This document shows positions 37,797 through 47,355 of a DNA stretch of 64,000 nt, piece after piece. The notes under the pieces were generated by a model that had not been told where the DNA came from, searched no databases, and worked only from the letters and a program-made list of their open reading frames with translations. Made by a program: the position numbers and the translations under genes. Every line of letters starts with the position of its first letter. Positions within the stretch are counted from its first letter, which is position 1. Source of the DNA: a virus (Duplodnaviria > Caudoviricetes); IMG/VR virus record IMGVR_UViG_3300047655_000013, positions 1,077-65,076 of that record. One strand, given 5' to 3'.

Positions 37797-38099
37797 TTAC
37801 GACCACGAAACAGCAATGGTGTAGCCGGTCGGCGGCACCACGACAATTCCGTTGGCCGTAGGCGCGGCATTGAAATTGATCGGCGCACCAACTGCCGCAG
37901 CGATCACACCGACCTGATTGGCTACGGTATTGCCGCTCGTCGAGGTCGCGTCATAGACGGCGCCCGCCGTGCTGCCGGTGCCGGACACAACCGAAACTGT
38001 GAACACGCGCCCGGGCGACGATTTGATAACCGTGGCTGTCGTGATATCAAGCGTCGTCGTGGTGCCGCCGGGAATTGGGGCGAGAGGATATTGGGGCAT
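37797..38099 (-). CDS. hypothetical virion protein
   Basis: Beta-rich; GGAG RBS. Confidence 0.65.
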   Translation of the reverse strand: MPQYPLAPIPGGTTTTLDITTATVIKSSPGRVFTVSVVSGTGSTAGAVYDATSTSGNTVANQVGVIAAAVGAPINFNAAPTANGIVVVPPTGYTIAVSWS

Positions 38100-38113
38100 T
38101 CAAAACTCCAAAG

Positions 38114-38136
38114 AAAAAAGCCCGCTCAAGGCGGGC
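38114..38136 (-). terminator. intrinsic terminator
   Basis: GCCCGC stem followed by T6 on - strand. Confidence 0.65.
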
Positions 38137-38162
38137 AGGGGCGTCATGCGGGAATGCCCCGT

Positions 38163-39122
38163 CTAGACGGTTATGGAAGAGAATCCAGCAGACAGAATGA
38201 GTCGACGCGCAACAGCATCTGCGGCTGACTGGTAGTACCAGGCGACGATGTTGATCGTCTTCTTCATGGCAATTGCGCCGATTTCGACCTGAGTCCGCTT
38301 TTCATCGCGAGGAACTGGCGTATTGCCGAAACCGAAGTTGCCGGAATTGACGGAATAGTCGATAAGCATGGCCAGATACTGGATGGCCATCTGGTTCGTG
38401 AACCCGTAGAGGATCAGTTTCACGTTATCTTTCGCGAGTTGCGATGCGGACATCTGTTGCAAGGCGGTCAGGGGACTCGGATTTCCGGGCCATTGATAAA
38501 TCGGAAACGATGGCGCTTCGGTAAGATCGGGTTCGACGTGCGCCACTACATAGGGCGGCACAACGTTGTCTGGCACGAGATATGACGCGTACACCGGAAT
38601 CGTCGTTGCCCCGAATGTCGTTTGCGCGAGCCAGATTGGAAGGCTGTTCGAAACGATCGGTTCTGGCGGCAGATCGGCTATGCTGCCGACCAACTGGGCA
38701 GACATGGCCGGGTAGACCGCAAATCCGCGGTAGTGCCAGAGACCTGCCTGCTGATAGTTCGCGCCCGTTTCCGAGAATGCGACCTGCAGGGTTGTTCCAT
38801 CAACCTGCCACGTCCCAACCCACATGGTCCCGGGTGCGATCGCGTTGAGTTGCGACACTTCTCCGGTTGCAGTGAAAACCATCTTGTTCGCGGCGATGGT
38901 CTGATCTTCTTCCTGCTTGCGGTCAGTCAGGATATGCAGAGAACCTGTGAACTGCTGTACGGTGCCGCTCGCTACCCAGAACACATAGCCATCTGTCGGC
39001 AGCGTGGACTTTGTATATTGCTGGAACTGAACCGTCTGGTTGTTCGAAATCTGCGCGACGCCAGCGGCCAGCGATGCGGCAAGTTGCGACGGCGCGCCGG
39101 CGGCTTCGGAGATCAGGCTCAT
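38163..39122 (-). CDS. neck/tail completion protein
   Basis: Synteny between head and tail genes. Confidence 0.6.
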   Translation of the reverse strand: MSLISEAAGAPSQLAASLAAGVAQISNNQTVQFQQYTKSTLPTDGYVFWVASGTVQQFTGSLHILTDRKQEEDQTIAANKMVFTATGEVSQLNAIAPGTMWVGTWQVDGTTLQVAFSETGANYQQAGLWHYRGFAVYPAMSAQLVGSIADLPPEPIVSNSLPIWLAQTTFGATTIPVYASYLVPDNVVPPYVVAHVEPDLTEAPSFPIYQWPGNPSPLTALQQMSASQLAKDNVKLILYGFTNQMAIQYLAMLIDYSVNSGNFGFGNTPVPRDEKRTQVEIGAIAMKKTINIVAWYYQSAADAVARRLILSAGFSSITV

Positions 39123-39595
39123 GATTCGCTATTGGAAAGCCACGCACGGAAAGACGCGCTGTAAAGGCCGGTATCCATAAACTCCGAACGCGCCTGCCGT
39201 TTCTTGTTCGGCTGCTTTTTGCGCAGCGTCGAGCCCTGTTCCGCAGCGTCAACCGTCTGGCCGCTGACGCTCTTCCACTCGCGCGAGTCTAGATAGTCCC
39301 TGAACGCTTCCTCAATCCGGCCGTTGACACTTTGACCTTCGATTACGCGATCGCCTAGCTGAGTTGTCACGTCCTGACTGCCGAAAGCTATGACCGGTTT
39401 GCCTTGTGCAAGAGATTCAATTTCGCCCGACATCGCATCAGCAAGGAAATCGCCTATGTCATCTTCGTGAAGCTCCAGAAACGTCCGGATGACGTGGTAT
39501 TCCTTCTCAAGATAACCAGCCACTTCTCCAGTCGTCGTTGCGCCATCGCCATCTGAATAGGCCACATCAACAACGCCGAGATTTAGCGTAACCAT
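39119..39595 (-). CDS. neck protein
   Basis: C-terminal FMDTGLY..S motif. Confidence 0.65.
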   Translation of the reverse strand: MVTLNLGVVDVAYSDGDGATTTGEVAGYLEKEYHVIRTFLELHEDDIGDFLADAMSGEIESLAQGKPVIAFGSQDVTTQLGDRVIEGQSVNGRIEEAFRDYLDSREWKSVSGQTVDAAEQGSTLRKKQPNKKRQARSEFMDTGLYSASFRAWLSNSES

Positions 39596-40245
39596 TAGCT
39601 AACGCCCACAATGTTCGGCCCGTAACTCTGCGCATACGCCAGATATTCGCGACCCCACGGCGTATTCAGCAAATCCAGCCCTTGCATGGTGAGGCCTTTG
39701 ATGAAATCTGCAGTCACCAAGGTTTCGGACGTCGCCTGATCAGCCGAGGCAGCTACTGGCCCCGCCTGGAACGTCAGTAAATTGAATGCTTTTCGTTGGG
39801 CGGAGAAAAAGGTCTGCCCGGACTGGTCCTGCGCGACCTTGAGCAACTGGTGCATGCCAAGGTTGTACACAGCCAGGACATACATAAGTGGCGGCATACA
39901 TGCCGGCGGTATCAGTGCAACGCCGATCGCCACACTGAACGCCCATGCCAGATAGGGCGAATATGTTGCCGCTGTCGCGACTTCAACTGCGGCGGTAGGG
40001 GCGGGCGCAACCGTACCGCTATTCGTGCCACCGTTCCATGTCGCGATGTAAGCACTAATGCCCAGCCCGACAATGGCCATCCCGGGTGCGACTGTGCCCG
40101 CCGAAGCTGTTGCTGTCAGGTTGCCAGATGTATCGATTCCGACCGTCGTCAATGAACCGTTCGGGAGATCGGCCGAGGGCACGCCCTGATTCAACACAAA
40201 CGCGTTGAAGTCCGGCAAATTCGGGATGGTCGGATTCGAGAACAT
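39595..40245 (-). CDS. head-tail adaptor protein
   Basis: AVYNLG.H.L...TPWGREYL motif. Confidence 0.7.
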   Translation of the reverse strand: MFSNPTIPNLPDFNAFVLNQGVPSADLPNGSLTTVGIDTSGNLTATASAGTVAPGMAIVGLGISAYIATWNGGTNSGTVAPAPTAAVEVATAATYSPYLAWAFSVAIGVALIPPACMPPLMYVLAVYNLGMHQLLKVAQDQSGQTFFSAQRKAFNLLTFQAGPVAASADQATSETLVTADFIKGLTMQGLDLLNTPWGREYLAYAQSYGPNIVGVS

Positions 40246-40508
40246 CAGGGCACCGAGATGACTTGACCGCCTAGCGCGATGTAGTCAGCGAGATCGAGTG
40301 CGGCCGGCAGCGCCGCGATATATGGCATGTTCTGAGCCAAGGCAATCTGCCGCGGCGCATGCGACCAGACGGCATGCCCGCGAGAAATGCAGATCTTCAT
40401 GCCCTTCGACATAAGTGATCTGACTTCTTCGATATGCGTCATAGGCGCGATGCTTGTGGCCGCATCAACTGCGGCACGCGCCTCTTCAGTAAGTCGTATG
40501 GCCTTCAT
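40245..40508 (-). CDS. hypothetical protein
   Basis: Coupled ORF in late operon. Confidence 0.5.
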   Translation of the reverse strand: MKAIRLTEEARAAVDAATSIAPMTHIEEVRSLMSKGMKICISRGHAVWSHAPRQIALAQNMPYIAALPAALDLADYIALGGQVISVP

Positions 40509-40510
40509 GG

Positions 40511-41029
40511 TCAGATAGCAAGTTGCGCGTTTTCGGGGGCGGCCGAATCTACCGTTACGCTCATCGTTACTTCATTTCCAGTTGGCTTATCGCGCGGGCC
40601 AATGTCTTGCTGGACTTCGACCTGTGTCACTTTCGCGAGGCGTTTGCGCCGATCGCCGGGCAGGCGATTAGCCTGATCCATCGCGAGCGCGCCACGCTGT
40701 GCCTCTACCGCCGAAACTTTTTCCTGCGCCTCGACGCGCGCTTCGTGACCGCTACGGATCTGCGTCTCGGTAGTCGCCTTGTCGACGCTGTACATAAAGC
40801 CAGAGAAGTTCTCAAGCCGGCCGTTTGTTTCGCTTGATCGGCGGAACCCGGCGGTTTCAAGCTGCTTGATAAAGTACTCGACAGTCGTATCAGTCCAACC
40901 TTCGCCAATCTTTTCCTGACGACCAGAATGCACATCCAGTTCGTGGATACGGTTGGACTCGGGCAGGCGATAGTTGAATTTCAGGCGTTGTTTCGAACCG
41001 TTCGCAACGTAAATAATGGTCATGTTCAT
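40511..41029 (-). CDS. hypothetical protein after major capsid
   Basis: AGGGG RBS; synteny. Confidence 0.65.
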   Translation of the reverse strand: MNMTIIYVANGSKQRLKFNYRLPESNRIHELDVHSGRQEKIGEGWTDTTVEYFIKQLETAGFRRSSETNGRLENFSGFMYSVDKATTETQIRSGHEARVEAQEKVSAVEAQRGALAMDQANRLPGDRRKRLAKVTQVEVQQDIGPRDKPTGNEVTMSVTVDSAAPENAQLAI

Positions 41030-41040
41030 CCCCTAAAATG

Positions 41041-41061
41041 AAAAAACCGCCCATGGACGGC
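41041..41061 (-). terminator. intrinsic terminator after major capsid gene
   Basis: GCCGTCC-ATG-GGCGGTTTTTT on - strand. Confidence 0.65.
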
Positions 41062-41080
41062 TGCTTCCCTGAAAGTTGAG

Positions 41081-41135
41081 CCCGCACCAGGCCGGACAGG
41101 GACCGGCTTTTCGGATGCGCAATCCTAGGTGCGGG
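41081..41135 (-). ncRNA. three-way-junction RNA motif, copy B
   Basis: P1 CCCGCACC/GGTGCGGG, TA, P2, GAAAA, P3 with TCCCTG in loop. Confidence 0.6.
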
Positions 41136-41144
41136 GGTTAAGCG

Positions 41145-42170
41145 TCAATGCGGAATCGACAAAATGTAGAGGCCCGCGCCGCGGACATTCCAGCCGCTGC
41201 TAATCCGGTTCTCGTACACCGTGGTAATCGCACCGTCTTCCGTCGGAGTCGGGATTTCAGCCGGGGCAGCCATCGCTGCGTACTGGACGTTCACAGCCTT
41301 CATCGACGGCGAGACTTCACCGAAGGCGTTGGTGTTGATGCCCGGGATATCCGGCACTTCTACTTCCGGAATCGTCAGGATCACCGCGTCGGCACCGCCT
41401 GCGCCCTTTCCGATCAACGTGTCGTCGAAGAACCACACGAGATCATCGCCGGCCGCTGCCACGTTCTCCTGAGCGACGTTCGCCGTGGTCGACGTGCCGG
41501 CACCGGGGCGTTGATACGCAGTAACCTGAACGATGTTCGCGATCTGGGCTTGCAGAAAGATTCGCTGCGGGCTGATGACGACGATCTTGTTGTGGATCTT
41601 GCCGCCCGACTGAAACATGCCGATCTTCAGGTTCACGATCTGCGTGAGAAGCCACAGGGCCATCGCGCCGTTGTCGTATGTCGAGAACGTCGTGTTGCCG
41701 TACGGGTCAGGCGGCAACGTCACTTGCGTGGCACCCGGAGCGTTCAACAGACCTTCTCCGTTCGACGGCTGATACCCATACAACAACGCCGTACGGTATT
41801 GCTGGTAGTGACCCTGGCGTGCGGCAAGGCTTTGGGCGGCCGGCAAGCTGACGTTGTAGTTCGCTGCGGCAGCGGTGTCGTGACGGTCCCATACCGACCG
41901 CGTACGCACGAGGTAGGTCGCGGTGCTGAACTGTTCGCCGACAAGCGTTGCCGAGGGCAGAAAGTTCGGAGCGGCGCCAGAAGCCTGCGCCTCCGTGCGC
42001 AGATCGAGCGAGTTCACGTAGACGTACAGGTCGTCCAGGCTGATCTTGACGCGCGGTTTGCCGCCCTGCAGAGCTTCGAATGCACCCGATGCCTGCGCAT
42101 AGGTGACGATGAGGTCGGGCTCGGCGAAATGCGGGTTGATCCGCGCGCGGGCCGGAAACAGATTTGCCAT
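41145..42170 (-). CDS. major capsid protein
   Basis: 341 aa; LYG...EGLLN motif; after protease and decoration genes, followed by terminator. Confidence 0.85.
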   Translation of the reverse strand: MANLFPARARINPHFAEPDLIVTYAQASGAFEALQGGKPRVKISLDDLYVYVNSLDLRTEAQASGAAPNFLPSATLVGEQFSTATYLVRTRSVWDRHDTAAAANYNVSLPAAQSLAARQGHYQQYRTALLYGYQPSNGEGLLNAPGATQVTLPPDPYGNTTFSTYDNGAMALWLLTQIVNLKIGMFQSGGKIHNKIVVISPQRIFLQAQIANIVQVTAYQRPGAGTSTTANVAQENVAAAGDDLVWFFDDTLIGKGAGGADAVILTIPEVEVPDIPGINTNAFGEVSPSMKAVNVQYAAMAAPAEIPTPTEDGAITTVYENRISSGWNVRGAGLYILSIPH

Positions 42171-42182
42171 GTCTTGGGCTCC

Positions 42183-42788
42183 TTAGAGTTGGATCATTGC
42201 TGCATTACCCGTCGTCCAGGTCAATGCCCCGGTGCCCGAGTTGTAGCTGATGGTCTTGCTGGTGGAATTCAACGAAAGAATCTTCGTCGTCGCCGGCAGT
42301 GCAAACGCACCGGAAGTACCCGATGCGGTGAGTTGCTGGAGTGCCGGATCCCAGTACAGCGTCTGGTTGATCGCGCCGCTGTCGAGCGTGGCGACGATGC
42401 TGCCGAGAACGCCTACCGCGATACGGATGTTCGAGCCGAACCGGTAGTAGTTGATCGTCATGCCCGCGACGGACTGCTGTACGGTATTGCCCGGCACGAT
42501 GATCATGTTGTGCGCCTGGTCGAACACGGTGAAACCAGTCACGTTGCCAGCGGCGCTTGCCAGTACGAGCGAATTCCCCAGTTGGTTGGCGTTCACCGTC
42601 GCGACTTCTTCGGTGATCGCCATGCCGCCCCAGACGGGTTGTGTGACGCTCGATGCGACAACGCCGGACGTCAGCCACATGCGCGAAGAGGTATCGTCGA
42701 AGGTGGCCCCCTGGACGTACCCTTCCGTAGATTGGAGGAAGGTATTGGACGGCGAAGTCGTCAACTGCGGATTGAAAGAGACAGTCAT
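42183..42788 (-). CDS. head decoration/cement protein
   Basis: GYVQG, VWGG, YRFGS..RI motifs; AGGAG RBS. Confidence 0.7.
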   Translation of the reverse strand: MTVSFNPQLTTSPSNTFLQSTEGYVQGATFDDTSSRMWLTSGVVASSVTQPVWGGMAITEEVATVNANQLGNSLVLASAAGNVTGFTVFDQAHNMIIVPGNTVQQSVAGMTINYYRFGSNIRIAVGVLGSIVATLDSGAINQTLYWDPALQQLTASGTSGAFALPATTKILSLNSTSKTISYNSGTGALTWTTGNAAMIQL

Positions 42789-42799
42789 CTATCGACTCC

Positions 42800-44689
42800 T
42801 TAGTGTTTCTGACGGGGATCGAGCAGGCGAACGCTCTGACCTTGGTGTTTGAAGAAGCCGAGCCATCCGTCCATGTCGCCATCCCACTCAGTGATCTGGC
42901 GACCGGCTGCGTCGTTGTACCGGCGCGGAGTGAGCTTGCCGGCGGTGACGGCTGCGGGGCTGCGTGCGAAGGCTTGCGCATCCATGCGGATCTGTTCTTC
43001 GACGGTATCGAACACAACGCCGTCGATTGAATCCAGGCGGATTCCCTTGAACTTGTCGCTGTGCTTCTGAAACTTTGCAGCCAGTCGCTGGCGATAGGCG
43101 ATCGGGCTTTCGCCGTGGAGCGGTGCCGGTACGCTGTCGCCGAACATCTGTGCGACCGAATCCCAGCGGGCTTGGGCTGCGCTGAGTTGATCGCGATCGG
43201 TGACCGAGAGGGGAGTCGTGAGCGAAGTGAGTCGCGCATTCATTTCCTCGATCTGCTTCTTCATGCCCGCGTTTTCGCTGCGCAGTTGCGAGTCGGAACG
43301 AACGCGCGCATCTTCTGCGTCCTTGCGCTCTTTTGCTTCTTTCTCGACACGTTCCTTTTCTTCGGAATCGAGGCGAGCCGAATCGGCGCGACGTTGCGCT
43401 TCTTCCGAATCACTCCGCTCTTTGGCTTCGCGTGCGGCCTTGGCTTCCGCCGTTTCCTCAACAGCGCCAGCGGCCTCGGCAACCTTCAACTCCGAGGCGA
43501 CCGAATCGGCGGCCAGCGCAGCAGTCGGCATTGCATCGCCACCCTTGTTTTCGAGTGCATCGAGCCGCGCGCCCATTGCCGAGCATGCTTCGTCGAATCG
43601 CTTGCCAAGGGCATCAGCCCAGGCCGGAACCTGCTCTTGCGTTTCATCCATCTCTGTTTCTCCAGTGTTAATTCCGCTGGGCTCCCCCCCTTTGTCCCAC
43701 ACGCCCACCGGGCATATCGCCAGGTGATCGAGGTAGGATGGGTTGCCTTCGATAAGAACCGTCTTCCCATCAACTTCCAGGAATTCGGCTGAGCCCGCGT
43801 CGCGGAAAATCACCGCGGGACTAGTCGACTCGTGCGTCGTCAACATCAGTTGAACGGCGTCCGTGTCGATGATTCGTGCTACACCGCGGACTTCATCGCC
43901 CGCGATATAGGGATAGAAAATCGAGCCGACGTTGCGCTCGCGGTATTCTTTGGTATCAAGCAGACCAGGCGGGTGTTCGAAGATGACCGGCAGTCCGTTG
44001 CAGCGCTCGCGGAACTCTTCCGTCAGGAAGGTTTTGGGAGGACGGTAGACATACTCGTCGAGGGCCTTGCGGTAGCTCGTACCGGTGCCAGTGATGCGCA
44101 GATCAAAAAACCATGCGCCTTCGTATTTCTGGGGAGACAGCAGATAGCCCGCGGCCATCCGCTTCGCGATGTCGAGTTCATTGCCCGTGACGAGCTCGAT
44201 CGTCCGCGCTACCGGCGCGAGCATGTTCTCGGGCAGCGCATCAGGTGCGGCCCATTGCCATGCGGTGTGCTCGTCGTTTAGCTTCGGCTCGAACGGCTCA
44301 GGAACGTCCTGCAGGAAGCAGGTGTATTCGCCATTACCGCCGGGAATCGGGTTGCGGCGCGCCGGCCAGCGAGCGCCCTCAGGGCACACGCCGATCTCTT
44401 CGACACATTCACGCTCGGCAGCAGCTTCGGGCGTTTCTTCGCCTTCGGCGTGACCGCCAGGTTGCTCCCATTCACCGGTATCGCTGCGACGGACCAAAAG
44501 ATAGCGAGGGCCGGGAGCGCGGAAGAGTATGCCGGCGCAGATGATGGGTGCGGTTTCGGCATCCTTGCGCGCGTTACCTGCTTCATGCTCGGCGACCGCG
44601 ATTGCCTGATTCTCAGGATGCCCTGCATGACGAAGTTCGGCAATATTGGCGCTGACCGCCTCTTGCGACGAACCTTGTTCTAGGGGCAT
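42800..44689 (-). CDS. prohead protease/scaffold (DUF2213-like) with N-terminal Nudix hydrolase domain
   Basis: PGGHAEGEETPEAAAERECVEEIG Nudix box; YRPP..F, PVIFEHP, DHLAIC; coiled C-terminus. Confidence 0.8.
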   Translation of the reverse strand: MPLEQGSSQEAVSANIAELRHAGHPENQAIAVAEHEAGNARKDAETAPIICAGILFRAPGPRYLLVRRSDTGEWEQPGGHAEGEETPEAAAERECVEEIGVCPEGARWPARRNPIPGGNGEYTCFLQDVPEPFEPKLNDEHTAWQWAAPDALPENMLAPVARTIELVTGNELDIAKRMAAGYLLSPQKYEGAWFFDLRITGTGTSYRKALDEYVYRPPKTFLTEEFRERCNGLPVIFEHPPGLLDTKEYRERNVGSIFYPYIAGDEVRGVARIIDTDAVQLMLTTHESTSPAVIFRDAGSAEFLEVDGKTVLIEGNPSYLDHLAICPVGVWDKGGEPSGINTGETEMDETQEQVPAWADALGKRFDEACSAMGARLDALENKGGDAMPTAALAADSVASELKVAEAAGAVEETAEAKAAREAKERSDSEEAQRRADSARLDSEEKERVEKEAKERKDAEDARVRSDSQLRSENAGMKKQIEEMNARLTSLTTPLSVTDRDQLSAAQARWDSVAQMFGDSVPAPLHGESPIAYRQRLAAKFQKHSDKFKGIRLDSIDGVVFDTVEEQIRMDAQAFARSPAAVTAGKLTPRRYNDAAGRQITEWDGDMDGWLGFFKHQGQSVRLLDPRQKH

Positions 44690-44705
44690 GCGATGTACCA
44701 AAAGA

Positions 44706-44728
44706 AAAAGCCACCCGGAGGTGGCTTT
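44706..44728. terminator. intrinsic terminator
   Basis: AAAGCCACC-CGGA-GGTGGCTTT. Confidence 0.65.
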
Positions 44729-44747
44729 GTGTGTGAGCGATGCAGGG

Positions 44748-45056
44748 CTATACGTTACCGAGCGGATCGCTTAACCCGACAAACTTGCCATCGGAAAACT
44801 TGCCAAAGCGGCTGCTTGCACTGGAGATCTGTTCGTCGGTTAAAGCCACGATCGCCATGTATTGCCTCCACCGAGCGTCATAAAACCTCGGGCTTACCTT
44901 CGCCAGATCTTCGCCATCCATGTTGCGGGCCGCAAGGTGGTAGGAGGAGCTGCCACCAATGACGATCTCGAAGCAGTAAGCGATGCCATCGGGCAACCCA
45001 TCGCTACCACCTTGGGCGCGGAAAATGTATGGTTTGCAGTTCTCAAGCGGGTTCAT
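44748..45056 (-). CDS. hypothetical protein
   Basis: ATGA overlap with head morphogenesis gene. Confidence 0.55.
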   Translation of the reverse strand: MNPLENCKPYIFRAQGGSDGLPDGIAYCFEIVIGGSSSYHLAARNMDGEDLAKVSPRFYDARWRQYMAIVALTDEQISSASSRFGKFSDGKFVGLSDPLGNV

Positions 45057-45901
45057 GCTGCCACCTTTCTTTTCAGTCGCGTCTGCTCGAGAAGATCCTT
45101 ACCTTTGCCGGTCAGCATTTCTTCGGGCAGATCTCGAAGCGCATACAACGCCACGACGTAGCATTGACAGAACGGCTCCTGGGCAGCCGCAGTTACTTCG
45201 TCGTAATACCCCGCCGCCCCTCTTTTAACGAGCCCCTGATCCTGCGCCCAACTACCGCGGACCAGATAGATGAGCTGATCGCGCTCCTTATGGTCCTCGC
45301 GATAGTCATACCCGGGCTGTTTCCAGCGGCTTCGCCACCGGTAAGCGATCACACCGTTTTGCTGGGCTACCACTTCATTGATGGCAGCAACCAGCTTGGC
45401 ACCCTGATCAATGCTGCACCGACGCGCCTCATATTTCACTTGCTGGATCGGCTTGGCGATGTGCTCCTTGACGTCGATCTTGTCTACGATGCGCGAGCCT
45501 TGGTCAGGAATCGATGTAGCCCAGCCCGAGAATCGCTGAAGCGTCTTGTCGATTGCCTGTTCTCGGTTCAATTTGATCAGTTGCGTGCTCGCCCGGATTC
45601 GCCTATCCAGTTCTTCACGCGCAAATGGCTTTAGCCGCTCCGCCGTGAATGTCGGCACACCCGGGTGATACTTCAGCGTCGATGACTTCGAAAACGTCCG
45701 ATCGAACACGGTCTGCATTGCCAACTGCATCCGGCTCTGGATTTCCTCGGGACTAGGCAGATCAGCAATAGCAGCTAGTCGCAACTTGCGAAGCCAATCG
45801 TCCAGCCGCGCGACATCGTCGTAGCCGTTTTCGGAAATGTCTCGGACTGCGGCCGTCAAAACCTCCTGGAAGGTTTGATTGGTGGACGCGCGCGAGGTCA
45901 T
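45053..45901 (-). CDS. head morphogenesis protein (SPP1 gp7/MuF-like)
   Basis: R..DQ..KL, W, R.DH..RD, EPFCQC motifs. Confidence 0.8.
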   Translation of the reverse strand: MTSRASTNQTFQEVLTAAVRDISENGYDDVARLDDWLRKLRLAAIADLPSPEEIQSRMQLAMQTVFDRTFSKSSTLKYHPGVPTFTAERLKPFAREELDRRIRASTQLIKLNREQAIDKTLQRFSGWATSIPDQGSRIVDKIDVKEHIAKPIQQVKYEARRCSIDQGAKLVAAINEVVAQQNGVIAYRWRSRWKQPGYDYREDHKERDQLIYLVRGSWAQDQGLVKRGAAGYYDEVTAAAQEPFCQCYVVALYALRDLPEEMLTGKGKDLLEQTRLKRKVAA

Positions 45902-47355
45902 TCGTGGCTGCTTTCGACGATAGGCTTGGGCTCTTGAAGAGTTGGTCCTTCGTAATTGGCGATTAGATCTTCGTCTAGCTCGATCGGCGTCGAAAACATT
46001 GATTTCCGCTCATTCATGACTTCAGATCCCCAAATGACCAAGCGCGCCTTTTCGCTAGGGGGCAACATCGGGGCGGCGACTTCCATGAAAGCAATCGCCG
46101 CCTTCGTGATCACGTCGTCTTTTTTAGCTTTTTCGCTATCCGGCTCGACCAACAGATTCGGCCACTTCGCAGTGAAGGCGTTCTTCCATTCGTAGAAGGC
46201 CGTCTCGTATGGGATGCGCTGAAACTCTGCGTACTTGCGCTGGATAATCTTGTAGAAATTCGGACTCCACGCCCGCCGCATGACGATTTCGTCCATGAAC
46301 CGGTAATCCGGGTTCATCTCGATCCGCATCCGGTCAATGAAACGCGCGATGATCTTGGCGTCTTCCGAACCTTCCCCAAAGCCTTCCGTCAGCGTTTCCT
46401 GATAAAGCATCGCCGCCGGCATCTTCGCTGCGGTCGAAATATTCTTGATGCAGTTGTTGCGGGAGAACTCTGCGGCATCGCGCAGGTTCTTCAGGTCAAC
46501 CGATTCGATGCCTTCGTCGATACCGATCGAAATGACGTTGCCTGTCTTCGCGCCCTTTAGCGCCGAGCGTTTGAAACCGAACCACTGGCGCGCGCGTTGG
46601 TCGATCACCGAGCCCGGCGATTTCATCTTCATCACCAGCAGCGCAGCCTTTTCAGCCACCGCCTGATCGGTGATCATCGTCTGAATGTAGGTCTTGAGCG
46701 GGAATAGGGCGCGCTGGTAGACCGAGCGGCCGACGAATCCGAATGCGCTGTTCGTCCATTCGATGTAGATCGGTGACTCATTGAGCGCGATCACCGCGCG
46801 CGACGAGTGGTAATCCTTGCCCGCAACGCGAATGTATTGCGGCTTCTGAAAATCCGGAGCGTTCGGATCCTGATTCAGCGTGAGAGACCCCGCCGTATTG
46901 AGAGGGTCCCACGTATTGAAGTACAACTCCATTTCGTGGAGCCGGTCATACGGGAGCGGCTGGCTTGTCGGGAAATCGTCGCCATTCAGCATGCGGCCAC
47001 CGACGCCCAGAGACGCAATGCCGTAGACGCGTTTGAGCGTCTGATGTGCCTTGATGATCTCGTCAGCACCCGTCATGCCGATCGCCATCCATTCGCGGTT
47101 GAACGCGGCGATCAGATCGTCTTCAGGGCCACCCGGAACCGTGATCTCGCGTTCCTGCGACTGCGCTTCTTCAATCGGCGCTTCGGCCATCTTGGCGCCG
47201 AGCGGATGAAAGCTGTAAATGTCCTTGGCCAGTTGATACGACGGCGCAGATCCGGGCACGATGTCATCGGCCATCAGGATCTGCATGAGCGATGACGGAA
47301 CACTAGCGCCAGTACCCACTGTCGCGGCGCCGCCGTCGGTTTCGATATCGCTCAT
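45898..47355 (-). CDS. portal protein (DUF1073-like)
   Basis: 485 aa after TerL; RVYG, G.SV, GEGSED motifs. Confidence 0.85.
   Translation of the reverse strand: MSDIETDGGAATVGTGASVPSSLMQILMADDIVPGSAPSYQLAKDIYSFHPLGAKMAEAPIEEAQSQEREITVPGGPEDDLIAAFNREWMAIGMTGADEIIKAHQTLKRVYGIASLGVGGRMLNGDDFPTSQPLPYDRLHEMELYFNTWDPLNTAGSLTLNQDPNAPDFQKPQYIRVAGKDYHSSRAVIALNESPIYIEWTNSAFGFVGRSVYQRALFPLKTYIQTMITDQAVAEKAALLVMKMKSPGSVIDQRARQWFGFKRSALKGAKTGNVISIGIDEGIESVDLKNLRDAAEFSRNNCIKNISTAAKMPAAMLYQETLTEGFGEGSEDAKIIARFIDRMRIEMNPDYRFMDEIVMRRAWSPNFYKIIQRKYAEFQRIPYETAFYEWKNAFTAKWPNLLVEPDSEKAKKDDVITKAAIAFMEVAAPMLPPSEKARLVIWGSEVMNERKSMFSTPIELDEDLIANYEGPTLQEPKPIVESSHE

Noticed and set aside
41148-42803. 551-aa + strand ORF
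   Set aside because: Antisense shadow of capsid and decoration genes caused by GC-biased codon usage
45898-47355. Portal as an anti-CBASS Acb1 fusion, which automated annotation of this family can suggest
   Set aside because: No 2H-phosphoesterase HxT/S pair extension seen; length fits a plain portal
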